Assembly (NCBI GenBank): GCA_048884965.1
Contig: JBHLQH010000010.1
Span: 22,718 to 86,717, forward strand
Direction of reading: 5' to 3'
Length of the DNA: 64,000 bases
Origin: Candidatus Thorarchaeota archaeon
GTDB lineage: Archaea; Asgardarchaeota; Thorarchaeia; Thorarchaeales; Thorarchaeaceae
The position numbers and the translations under genes were made by a program. Shown in pieces: positions 49,363 through 58,374 of the stretch (within the stretch, counting starts at the first letter, position 1; the number at the start of each line of letters is the position of its first letter). The notes under the pieces were generated by a model. That model worked only from the letters and a program-made list of their open reading frames with translations, was not told the origin of the DNA and did not search any database.

Positions 49363-50277
49363 CTACCCCAATGCCTGCAATAGCTTCTTTGTAATGGTTT
49401 CAGCATCAAATCCAGGCTTAGCCTCAATGCCTTTTGGTATGACTAGCATTGCAATCTGTTCGAATTCCTTTGTACTAAGGTCCTTCTTCTTGCCACCCAC
49501 CTGTGAAGCCATGCGAATTATTGCTATAGCTGAACGAATTGACGCAGGTGTTTTGATCTCCCTGTGATCTCGAGTGGCTATTATCAGCTGATGAGCCTTC
49601 TGAAGGAATTCCTTCGAGAGTGTTGATCCTGGCACATTGGCTTGAATGATATCAAGCTCAACAGAGGGTTCCGGATAGTCCAATCGTATCCAGACACGTA
49701 TCCTATCCTTGAGTGCCTCTGACATTCGGTGTGTACCAGCCATATCACCGGGATTCACTGCTGCAATCAGGAAGAAGTTCTCATGTGCCTTTACTCGTGC
49801 CAGCTGAGGCAAGTACAGGGTTCGCTCCTCAAGCCATTCGAGGAAGCTGTTCTGAACGAACTCATTCGCTCGATTCAGTTCATTGGCAACGAACACACCA
49901 CCTGATACGAAAAGTCTGGCGAAGGGACCCGGTTCAAAGGATTTCCATCCATAGCCTCCCTTGAGAACCTGAGCTGGGTTGTGGACACCAACTAAGTGCG
50001 CTGGGCGAGTGGAGTCATCCATGGTCATGACTTCGAATCCGCGACCAGTTTCATTTGCGTAGGATGTTGCCAATAGGGTCTTGCCAGTACCTGGAGGTCC
50101 AGTAAGAGCTGGCGTTAGACCAGCGGCATCAGCTGCTTCGAGCCAATCGAAGGCGGCTGCATACTGTCCCTTCTTCACGAGTTTCACAGATGGTGTCTGT
50201 ACCTCTACTACTAGATTCTTAGCAATCTCTGAAAAATTAGAAGATGACTTGGTGTCACCAGTTCCTTCTGTAGCCAT
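49363..50277 (-). CDS. MoxR-family AAA+ ATPase
   Basis: Walker A GPPGTGKT, FEPGP, variant Walker B VFVANELNR, AAVNP, SEALKDR, LDYP and SIR. Confidence 0.92.
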   Translation of the reverse strand: MATEGTGDTKSSSNFSEIAKNLVVEVQTPSVKLVKKGQYAAAFDWLEAADAAGLTPALTGPPGTGKTLLATSYANETGRGFEVMTMDDSTRPAHLVGVHNPAQVLKGGYGWKSFEPGPFARLFVSGGVFVANELNRANEFVQNSFLEWLEERTLYLPQLARVKAHENFFLIAAVNPGDMAGTHRMSEALKDRIRVWIRLDYPEPSVELDIIQANVPGSTLSKEFLQKAHQLIIATRDHREIKTPASIRSAIAIIRMASQVGGKKKDLSTKEFEQIAMLVIPKGIEAKPGFDAETITKKLLQALG

Positions 50278-50423
50278 AATATACCCCACATTTAACGGTT
50301 TTACCCGCTCCTATCTTGAAGCCAAGACTTCAACGAGCAGTTGTCTTGATAGCGAATATATAAATCCCTACCAACTAATATATCCCCCTTATTCCAAAGA
50401 AACCAAATACTTAGGAGTTCGAG

Positions 50424-50455
50424 AAAAAGAAGAGGAGCCCCTCATATCGAGGGGC
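50424..50455 (-). terminator. GC-rich hairpin plus pyrimidine/U tract after the giant FG-GAP gene
   Basis: Minus strand GCCCCTC-GATAT-GAGGGGC followed by TCCTCTTCTTTTT, starting 8 nt after the stop codon. Confidence 0.7.
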
Positions 50456-50462
50456 ATTTCAT

Positions 50463-53400
50463 TTATTCTAGTTCTTTCCGTTTTCTGTACCAAATCAGAC
50501 CAATGGGTACAAACAAGAGGAACACAACAGGAAGTCCAATGCCCGCAACAACTGCAACTACTTCACCGAAGTTGACTGCTGCAGCCATCATAGGTAGTAT
50601 TGGAGCTGGAGGAGCTGGAGCTGGATATGTTCCAGAAACGACATAGACGGTGTCCAGTCGGTGGAATACAACATCCATCGGTCCAGAGGTTCCCACGAAG
50701 TGCCCGATGTTTGGCCGGAATACCTTCGCACCACCTGTGATGACATAGTGCCATAGTAGGTCACCAGTGTGCCCATCTATGATGTCGAGGTACTCATAGT
50801 TGACGAAGACGATGTCCTCATATCCGTCATCATTCATGTCTGCAACAGACATGGACGAGTCCCATGAGTTCAGTAACAAAGGTGCGATGAATCGCATTGC
50901 TTCTGTCGTATCCTCGTTATAGGCATAGACACCACTCTTCTCAGCATATACCACAAGCTCATCCTTGCCATCTCCGTCAACATCTCCTGCCGCGAAGTCT
51001 AACACCAGATATAAGGTAGGTAGCACGTAGATCTGAGTGTTGGTGCCACCGTTTACCAAATGTAGATCATAGATGCTATCCATCCAGACAAAGTCTGCAT
51101 AGGCATCGCCAGTGAAGTTGCCAACGATCAGGTCATAGACGCTAGATCCACCAGTGCCAAGAATACTGTAGAATACACCATTGGTTCCAGTATACACTAC
51201 TATTGCTTCATTAGTCCCTCCGATGGCTACATCGGGCAGACCGTCACCAGTGATATCTCCCACTGCCATATTGTAGACAGTTGCGGTGATGTTCATACTC
51301 GACTTATAGTGGAGAGTTCCATCATGGTTGTACCATCCGATGAAGACATGCGTCCCATCCTGCCAGAGAATTGCAATCTCATCATTGCTCTGTGCAGCAT
51401 TGAAGTTCTCGACATAGAAGTCCTGAGGATAGAAGTTCGTTGGGTTCGCAATGGTACCGATTTGAGCACCATTCGTACCACTTAGGACATAGAAGTCATC
51501 GTTATCATCAAAGAGAACGATGTCCCACCAGCCCGTTCCGTCCATGTTGCCGATGTCAACCTTCTGAATGATGCCCGGAACTTGCACACTCCAGAGGAGT
51601 GCTCCATTGGTACCATTCAGAAGATAGATGGTTCCGTTGTTATCCCAAGTCACTATCTCGTCGATTCCATCAGCATTGAGGTCTTCTGCAGCTGTACCGT
51701 AGATGGACACGTTTGTAAAGGATTTCTCATAGTAGAGGGTGTGTGCTGGAAATACATACTCGGTTTCTGGAAGCACACGCTCGTAGGAGTCGATTCCCAG
51801 AATCTCAAAGGTACCTAGGTCCCAAGAGAATGCTGTGTCCATTCCGGTTCCATGTATATCAGCTGCGTATACAGCATATGGCCATCCGTTCGTCTTGTTG
51901 AACCAAATGGGGATGCCGTTCTTGCCATCTAATGCAACCATCACACCACTTGTACTATTCACCAATCCCACTATGAGATCAAGTTCACCGGATCCTCCGA
52001 AGTGACCTGTATCCACATCATATGTGTTGAAGACGGTATCAGCACTGTAGTGCCATTGAGTCACTCCTGCCTTGATGTCCTCCATGTAAATGTGGCCTTG
52101 TACATTCCAAGCTACAACTTCTAATGAATCATCTCCATCAAAGTCGTCAACAAGCACTTCCAACACATACCACGAAGTTGAGTACGGTGTGGAGTTGTAA
52201 ATGAACTCACCTGTACTTAGGTCAAGTACATGAATTCCAAACCTTGCGAAGACGAGATCATCAAGACCATCATCATTGAAGTCAGCAGTCTTTATCGCAG
52301 GGAGGATTGCTGCATAGGAACTTGGTGTCTGATACAGAATCGTTCCATTGAATGGGTTGACAAGAGATATTCTTGTTCCCTGGACCATCGCAACAGTTAG
52401 ATTGCTCGCTCCTGTGAAATTACCGAACTTGACTTGCTCGATATCTCCAGCAGCTAAAGCCCAGCTGTGGTACAATGTTCCATCATCATGGAGCAGATAG
52501 AGAGAATCACCTGCGGTGCCGACTGCGATTTCGACGTTGCCATCGAGGTCTGCATCAGCAACATCGATCGCCTCGATAGCCGAGCCAGTGTCATAGCTCC
52601 AGACTTCAGAGCCATCTGCGATGTCAAGAACCCAGATCATGCCATCAAAGCCAGCTAGTAGCACTTCAGGAACTGTGTCATTGTTGATGTCTGCGAGAAC
52701 TAGTCGCTTGAATCCGGCGCTAGAGTCAGTATTATTCCACAAGCTAGTTCCATCATCATCGAATGCTTGAGCTCGATTATTGCTATATGGAGCAGTAATC
52801 AATTCCTCCTTACCATCTTGGTCGATGTCATAAGATGCAATTGGATTAGAGCCGCCAAACCAGCCATAGCCAGTTGATATTGCAGTCCAATTTACTACCG
52901 ATCCTCTGAGTGGCGAAATCCCTTCAGAAACATCGATGTACTCCAAGAAGTATACCTCTCCTCGCTCACAAGCGACAGCAATGTCATCCCAACCATTTCC
53001 ATTACTATCCGACACAGCAACGCCAGTTACTGGATTGGCGTACTCATCTGAGAGCCAGTCTTCAAGATAGTACATGAAGCTCGTTCCATTATTAGAGGAC
53101 TTCATCTCGTACATAGCAACCTGATGGTCAAATCCAACAACGACTTCCCTCCTTCCATCGCCATCAGTGTCTCCAACATCGAGGTCAACAACCTCTCGCA
53201 GGTGATTTAGAGCCCAATCAGACTGGAAGTTCTGTCCGTAGACGATATCTGGGAATAACCACCTGTACCATCCCTGATCTCCAACTTTCACATGCATAAC
53301 ATATGAGAAAGTGAAGGTATAGAGGAATCCTGCATCGGGTCTGGCACAGAAAGCTGGTGAATAGGAGGTTGGTTGTGGCACGGAATAGGTCACATAACCT

Positions 53401-56400
53401 CCGGGATATTCAGTCCTAGTCACTGTATCCGGCAAGGTGTTCAGTTCCTCAGGAACACTCCATGAGGCACCATCATCCTGACTTGCAACCATCTTGAATC
53501 TCTCTTCAAGCTCAGCATCCAGAACTTCATAAAGCACGACCAGACTCTTGTCGTCCGTCCTCAGATAATCGATATCAACAAACATTTCCTCAGAGTAGGA
53601 TGTCGTTGCTTGGTGTGGGTTGACACCTGTCCAATTGAAGTCATCGTTGGAAACGGCAACCCAGATGTCATGATCTGGTTTGTAGGTATCGATATTCTCT
53701 GCAGAAAGTGCGACAGCAATCCTACCATCAGCCAATCTGACAGCATCGATATCATGCGTTCTCATTCGATTATAGTTGTTGAAGTTCAATGGAACTCCAA
53801 AGTATCCACCAGTCATGTCTTTCCTGATTATTCTACAACCGATATCAGATATCGACAATGCAGCTTGGTAGGTGTATACCATTCCAATATGAGTTGCGTT
53901 AAACTCGAAGACACCGGGAGTGAATCTATCAACCCAGAACATGCCTGTGGTTTCTGGAAGGAGCATGGCAGTATGCCATCCAACACCTATCTCACCCCAT
54001 AACATTGCAAGGTAATGGGTTCCTCCAGCGTCATAAGCCTCCCATGCTATGTAGACATCTCCATCGGTTGTCGTCGTGACTGATGGCTTATACTCTGAGA
54101 CAATATTGCTTGAGTTTCCACTGTAGGTAATGTAGTTCTGAAGTGGAACTCCAGCAGACCAGATATCAATGCTATCAATGTAGGTCTTAACGAAGATTTG
54201 GGGTGTAGAAGCTTGAGATTCGTATACCATATACGCAAATCCTACGCCAGCACCTGTTTCGAAGAAGGCAACATCCTTGATAGACCTGCCAGCTTGAGAG
54301 TAGATCTCGCTTCCGAACATTGTTGTCTTTACTGGGAGAATCGGATAGTTGGGACTCGCGGTGACATATTCGACCTTCTGGTATCCATTATCCACTCCAG
54401 GGATGTGTTCCCACATATCGAATCCCTGACTATGACCAAAGATGATCTCAGTTTCACCATCATAGTCTTGGTCATCCAAAGTAATCACAGTTATTGGATT
54501 CCATCTAGTTATCTCAGTTGGAGCGATCCACGATCGCTGGAACGACCCACCTACACATTCATAGATATAGGCAAAGCCATTCTGTCTGACTAGACGGATA
54601 TCTTGGATACCACCAAAGATGATCTCACGATAGCCATCCTTGTCAGTATCACACATTGTCATCGCATTGATCTGGTAATACTTGAACTGCGAGTTCTCGC
54701 CATTTCCAGGTAGATAGTATCTGCCTTCCATAATGTAACTGGTTATGTAGAAGTCGTTATCTTCTAGGTCATCAAAGGAGTCATGGTTGATATTGTAGAC
54801 GAATAAGTATGGACCTGCAGCAACAGCAAGCTCCATCCTTCCATCCTGATCAATATCGTCACCCGCTGCAATGGCAGTTATCTTGGTCGCGAAGTCCTTG
54901 AAATTCACACGGTTGCCCCACTGTGTATCTCGTAGGTCAAAGGAATAGACATAGCGGACCGCATCACCACCAAAGAGACCTTGCTCTTCAAAGATGTACA
55001 GCTGCAGATTCGCTGCGACTATAATCTCCTTGAGGCCGTCTTGATCCAGATCGACATCAGCAATGAGATGTTCAGCATGGTCCCAGATCTTCCTCTTGAA
55101 GTCACCAGAGATTCCTTCGAGATCCTCATACGCATAGGGACTCTCATCAGAGACCTCAGTGTGATTAAGATCGAACGACCTGAACATCCGTTTGTATGTG
55201 TTGTTTACAAGATGCTCAAAAGCATAGACATTGTTGTCATAGTCACCGATGATGATCTCGTTGTTCCCATCAGAGTCTGTATCACCAGAAGCGATTGCCA
55301 AAGTCCAATCCTCTAGGTCGAAATCATTGTTCCAATCTTCCATAACATGGAAACCTAGATTGTAGAATGATCCTATCTCTCCGGACATGATGTTGATCTG
55401 CAATCTTGAAACACTGGGGTAGGTAGCTACCATGTATGCATCCGACGAACCAGATTCTGCACTGCACATCCAGATAGAATCTGTGTATGAATTGTAGGAA
55501 TACATGAAGAAGTCAGGCTTCTCCCATCCTGCAAACTCATAGTAGCGTTCCAAGAAGGGTCCATCCAAGTAATTCCCGTAATCGGGAAGCAAACGAACAT
55601 TTGTCAGATTCAATAGATTGAGATTCGTTAGCTCACCAGTATTGGACATGATCTTCTTGTTTTCCACCCAGATAGGATTCTCAAAGGTTCCTTCATTGAT
55701 GAAAGATGTAGCACCGTTTCGTCCATCGTAGCTGAGAACTAGATCAAGATCACCATCACCATCCAAATCATGGAGGTCTGGTTGTCCCCAAATCTTTGAG
55801 CTCTCAATTTCGTTTATGGCATCAAAATAGCCAGGCACCAAGGTAAAGTTCAGCGTTCCTGTTTCATCCTGTACATTCTCTGCCATGTATAAACGACCAT
55901 TACTGACAACAAAGTCAAAGTCGCCATCACCATCGTAGTCTGCAAAGTCCGTTCTTGGAGTGACAGTTGCCAGATTGACCAATCCAGCTAGTTGACCATC
56001 AGTATCAAGCTGCCAAAGCTCATTGTAATTGTTCCATGGAGCTGAACTTGAAGTTCTATAGTAGAATAGGATATTACCTCTATAGAGAGGCGTTTCCATC
56101 GCCGTATCAAGACTGATGTCTTCATCGAGCCCTCCAATGACCATGACAGAGATGTCGCTACCGTAGTTATTCAATAACCACGGATTCTCAACAGAAACGT
56201 ATTCGAATCCATAGTTTACTGGAGCGATATCGTTATTGATCTCAACCAGTAGAGGTTGTGTTAGGGGATCATAGACGAAGTTATGGTCATAGGCTCGAAT
56301 CTGTGCATCACCTCCTCCAGGAAGATTCTGAGCAAGCCAAGCAGTCCATAGATTGTCACTCAATGGAGCAGGTATACCAAAACCCCACGAATTCGCTTCA

Positions 56401-58373
56401 TACCCACCTGTCGGAGTGAAGTATCCTGCACCTTTCAAGTCCCAATTCGGTAGGTTCGTTGGAGTACCTACATACTCGATATCCCAAATATTGGCACCAT
56501 ATGTGTAGTAGTCGTCATCACCGCTCTCCCAGAATAGATCATATATCTCAGTACTGGAGTTATACTTTATACCAAGGAGCTCCCCAATCACGGTACCGAC
56601 AACGATCTTGTTCGCCTCAGTTCCGCCAGATGCCCACAGAGGACCGTTCTCTTTCAGAGGACCAATGGTCACCGCAAGAGCATCTGTAATCAGATTATAT
56701 ACTTGGGCTAGCTCGACCGAGTTGATGCTATATTTCGCTCCATTGAACACTGTGATCTTCGCAAATTGGAAGTAATCCCATTTCCGTCGACTCAATGCAT
56801 CATCGACATCTATCTTCAGATAGTACCCCGAATATATGAAGTGGTCTGAAGTGACCTGCTCGAAATCAGTACCATCCTTTGATATGCTGAAGTTGAAGTA
56901 CGGACTGAGATCTGCTCCAACGATGAACATCCCTGGGAACTTGATAAGGACATCAGGTTCTGCGTTTGCGCTCCCCGTTCCTTCCTCATCACGTCCGAAA
57001 TCAATGATAGCAGTGGCATTGTCAACTGAGGGAGAGCTCGCATCGAACTCCGAGAAGTTACCATCAGGTGCACCAGCCATACCTGTGTTGAATGGATAGA
57101 CATCAGCATCTGGAAGGAAGTAGCTTCCGCCCCATACATATTGAATAGGTTCGGGAACGTTGATCGATGCATTATCAGGATCATGATACGTGACGTTCCA
57201 AGCTTCTATGACTCGGTCAGCATAGTAATCAAGACCCCAGTAACCAAAGGTTTCCCAAGCATCATACTCCTTGACGACTTTCTGATACATGTAGGTCTTC
57301 TTGCTGGTGTCCCATTCTAGTGTGAAGACACCTTGACCTTGTGCAACGATAGCCAGTTCATCGCCAATGTCACCATCAAGCTCACCGACTGCCATCGATA
57401 CTATAGGTGTCCATGTGTAGTTCTCTGATGTCCAATTGAGGTAGTAATGATTATCGTTGATTAGTGGGAATGGATAGCCGTTGATCATGAGGGTGATGCC
57501 ATCATTCTCAAAGACATATACCGTCCCATCTCTGGTACCAACGATGACCTCAGGGAGACCATTGCTATTTGTATCACCGGTCTCAAGAGAATAGACCTTA
57601 TCAGCAACAGGAAGTGATGCAACCTCTCTGTAGGAAATCCAGTGCTCCTCATTGAATGGATAGCCGGAGTGATCATCGTATTCGTAGATGTGCACATAGC
57701 CATCCCAGCCACCAGCGATGATGTCTGGGCGATAGTCATGATCGATGTCATCCACCTTCACTGCGAAGGCTCTGAACATATCAGGACTCCTCCAGACTAG
57801 CTCGAATTGGTTCTCGGTATTGGTGTACGGATCGTAGATGTGCTTCTGTTCGAAGACGTATACATGTCCATCTGCACAACCCGCAACAATCTCTAAGAAA
57901 TCGTTGAGGTCGGTGTCTCCGAAGGCAAGGCTCATTACATCACTCTGGAACACTCCATCACCGGTGTCCCAGACCTTATCGAACTTGTTAGTCTCGACAT
58001 TCAATCGGAAGAGGTGCACCTCATTATCGTATAGGTACCCACCAGCAAGTGCAAGGAATCCTGTTGGCTCGTGATACTCAATCGCATGTATCGCAGCCTG
58101 TGACTTCCATGGCTCATACATGATCTTATAGTCTGCATCTCGGTCACCCAATACCGAGCCGATGTCATAATCGCCTGGCAGGTATGGGTTATCCTCTGCG
58201 ATTGCTTGCTCTACCGCCGGTACAATCTCTTCAGGTATTGGCCCAATGCTATTTGAGAGCAAGTCATCTAGTGTACTCGGTTGTACGCTCTGTAAGGGCA
58301 GAGCGGGAATCATACCGAGTGAGCTGATGACGAGCACGCTAAGGAATAGTAATGAAAGAACTCTTGTCTTCAC
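50463..58373 (-). CDS. Giant (about 2636 aa) cell-surface FG-GAP/VCBS beta-propeller protein with C-terminal TM anchor
   Basis: GTG at 58373 after a GGGAGG RBS gives a signal peptide. Many GDxDxDGxxE/D-hhhG repeats, Asp-box SQDDGASWS, PQQ-like blades, Pro-rich linker, TM and RKRK tail. Confidence 0.85.
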   Translation of the reverse strand: MKTRVLSLLFLSVLVISSLGMIPALPLQSVQPSTLDDLLSNSIGPIPEEIVPAVEQAIAEDNPYLPGDYDIGSVLGDRDADYKIMYEPWKSQAAIHAIEYHEPTGFLALAGGYLYDNEVHLFRLNVETNKFDKVWDTGDGVFQSDVMSLAFGDTDLNDFLEIVAGCADGHVYVFEQKHIYDPYTNTENQFELVWRSPDMFRAFAVKVDDIDHDYRPDIIAGGWDGYVHIYEYDDHSGYPFNEEHWISYREVASLPVADKVYSLETGDTNSNGLPEVIVGTRDGTVYVFENDGITLMINGYPFPLINDNHYYLNWTSENYTWTPIVSMAVGELDGDIGDELAIVAQGQGVFTLEWDTSKKTYMYQKVVKEYDAWETFGYWGLDYYADRVIEAWNVTYHDPDNASINVPEPIQYVWGGSYFLPDADVYPFNTGMAGAPDGNFSEFDASSPSVDNATAIIDFGRDEEGTGSANAEPDVLIKFPGMFIVGADLSPYFNFSISKDGTDFEQVTSDHFIYSGYYLKIDVDDALSRRKWDYFQFAKITVFNGAKYSINSVELAQVYNLITDALAVTIGPLKENGPLWASGGTEANKIVVGTVIGELLGIKYNSSTEIYDLFWESGDDDYYTYGANIWDIEYVGTPTNLPNWDLKGAGYFTPTGGYEANSWGFGIPAPLSDNLWTAWLAQNLPGGGDAQIRAYDHNFVYDPLTQPLLVEINNDIAPVNYGFEYVSVENPWLLNNYGSDISVMVIGGLDEDISLDTAMETPLYRGNILFYYRTSSSAPWNNYNELWQLDTDGQLAGLVNLATVTPRTDFADYDGDGDFDFVVSNGRLYMAENVQDETGTLNFTLVPGYFDAINEIESSKIWGQPDLHDLDGDGDLDLVLSYDGRNGATSFINEGTFENPIWVENKKIMSNTGELTNLNLLNLTNVRLLPDYGNYLDGPFLERYYEFAGWEKPDFFMYSYNSYTDSIWMCSAESGSSDAYMVATYPSVSRLQINIMSGEIGSFYNLGFHVMEDWNNDFDLEDWTLAIASGDTDSDGNNEIIIGDYDNNVYAFEHLVNNTYKRMFRSFDLNHTEVSDESPYAYEDLEGISGDFKRKIWDHAEHLIADVDLDQDGLKEIIVAANLQLYIFEEQGLFGGDAVRYVYSFDLRDTQWGNRVNFKDFATKITAIAAGDDIDQDGRMELAVAAGPYLFVYNINHDSFDDLEDNDFYITSYIMEGRYYLPGNGENSQFKYYQINAMTMCDTDKDGYREIIFGGIQDIRLVRQNGFAYIYECVGGSFQRSWIAPTEITRWNPITVITLDDQDYDGETEIIFGHSQGFDMWEHIPGVDNGYQKVEYVTASPNYPILPVKTTMFGSEIYSQAGRSIKDVAFFETGAGVGFAYMVYESQASTPQIFVKTYIDSIDIWSAGVPLQNYITYSGNSSNIVSEYKPSVTTTTDGDVYIAWEAYDAGGTHYLAMLWGEIGVGWHTAMLLPETTGMFWVDRFTPGVFEFNATHIGMVYTYQAALSISDIGCRIIRKDMTGGYFGVPLNFNNYNRMRTHDIDAVRLADGRIAVALSAENIDTYKPDHDIWVAVSNDDFNWTGVNPHQATTSYSEEMFVDIDYLRTDDKSLVVLYEVLDAELEERFKMVASQDDGASWSVPEELNTLPDTVTRTEYPGGYVTYSVPQPTSYSPAFCARPDAGFLYTFTFSYVMHVKVGDQGWYRWLFPDIVYGQNFQSDWALNHLREVVDLDVGDTDGDGRREVVVGFDHQVAMYEMKSSNNGTSFMYYLEDWLSDEYANPVTGVAVSDSNGNGWDDIAVACERGEVYFLEYIDVSEGISPLRGSVVNWTAISTGYGWFGGSNPIASYDIDQDGKEELITAPYSNNRAQAFDDDGTSLWNNTDSSAGFKRLVLADINNDTVPEVLLAGFDGMIWVLDIADGSEVWSYDTGSAIEAIDVADADLDGNVEIAVGTAGDSLYLLHDDGTLYHSWALAAGDIEQVKFGNFTGASNLTVAMVQGTRISLVNPFNGTILYQTPSSYAAILPAIKTADFNDDGLDDLVFARFGIHVLDLSTGEFIYNSTPYSTSWYVLEVLVDDFDGDDSLEVVAWNVQGHIYMEDIKAGVTQWHYSADTVFNTYDVDTGHFGGSGELDLIVGLVNSTSGVMVALDGKNGIPIWFNKTNGWPYAVYAADIHGTGMDTAFSWDLGTFEILGIDSYERVLPETEYVFPAHTLYYEKSFTNVSIYGTAAEDLNADGIDEIVTWDNNGTIYLLNGTNGALLWSVQVPGIIQKVDIGNMDGTGWWDIVLFDDNDDFYVLSGTNGAQIGTIANPTNFYPQDFYVENFNAAQSNDEIAILWQDGTHVFIGWYNHDGTLHYKSSMNITATVYNMAVGDITGDGLPDVAIGGTNEAIVVYTGTNGVFYSILGTGGSSVYDLIVGNFTGDAYADFVWMDSIYDLHLVNGGTNTQIYVLPTLYLVLDFAAGDVDGDGKDELVVYAEKSGVYAYNEDTTEAMRFIAPLLLNSWDSSMSVADMNDDGYEDIVFVNYEYLDIIDGHTGDLLWHYVITGGAKVFRPNIGHFVGTSGPMDVVFHRLDTVYVVSGTYPAPAPPAPILPMMAAAVNFGEVVAVVAGIGLPVVFLLFVPIGLIWYRKRKELE

Positions 58374-58374
58374 T

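Noticed and set aside
46678-58373. Integrin-like alpha/beta pair formed by the FG-GAP giant and the nearby vWA protein
   Set aside because: The vWA protein has no signal peptide or TM segment, is explained as the MoxR partner, and is separated from the giant gene by a terminator.
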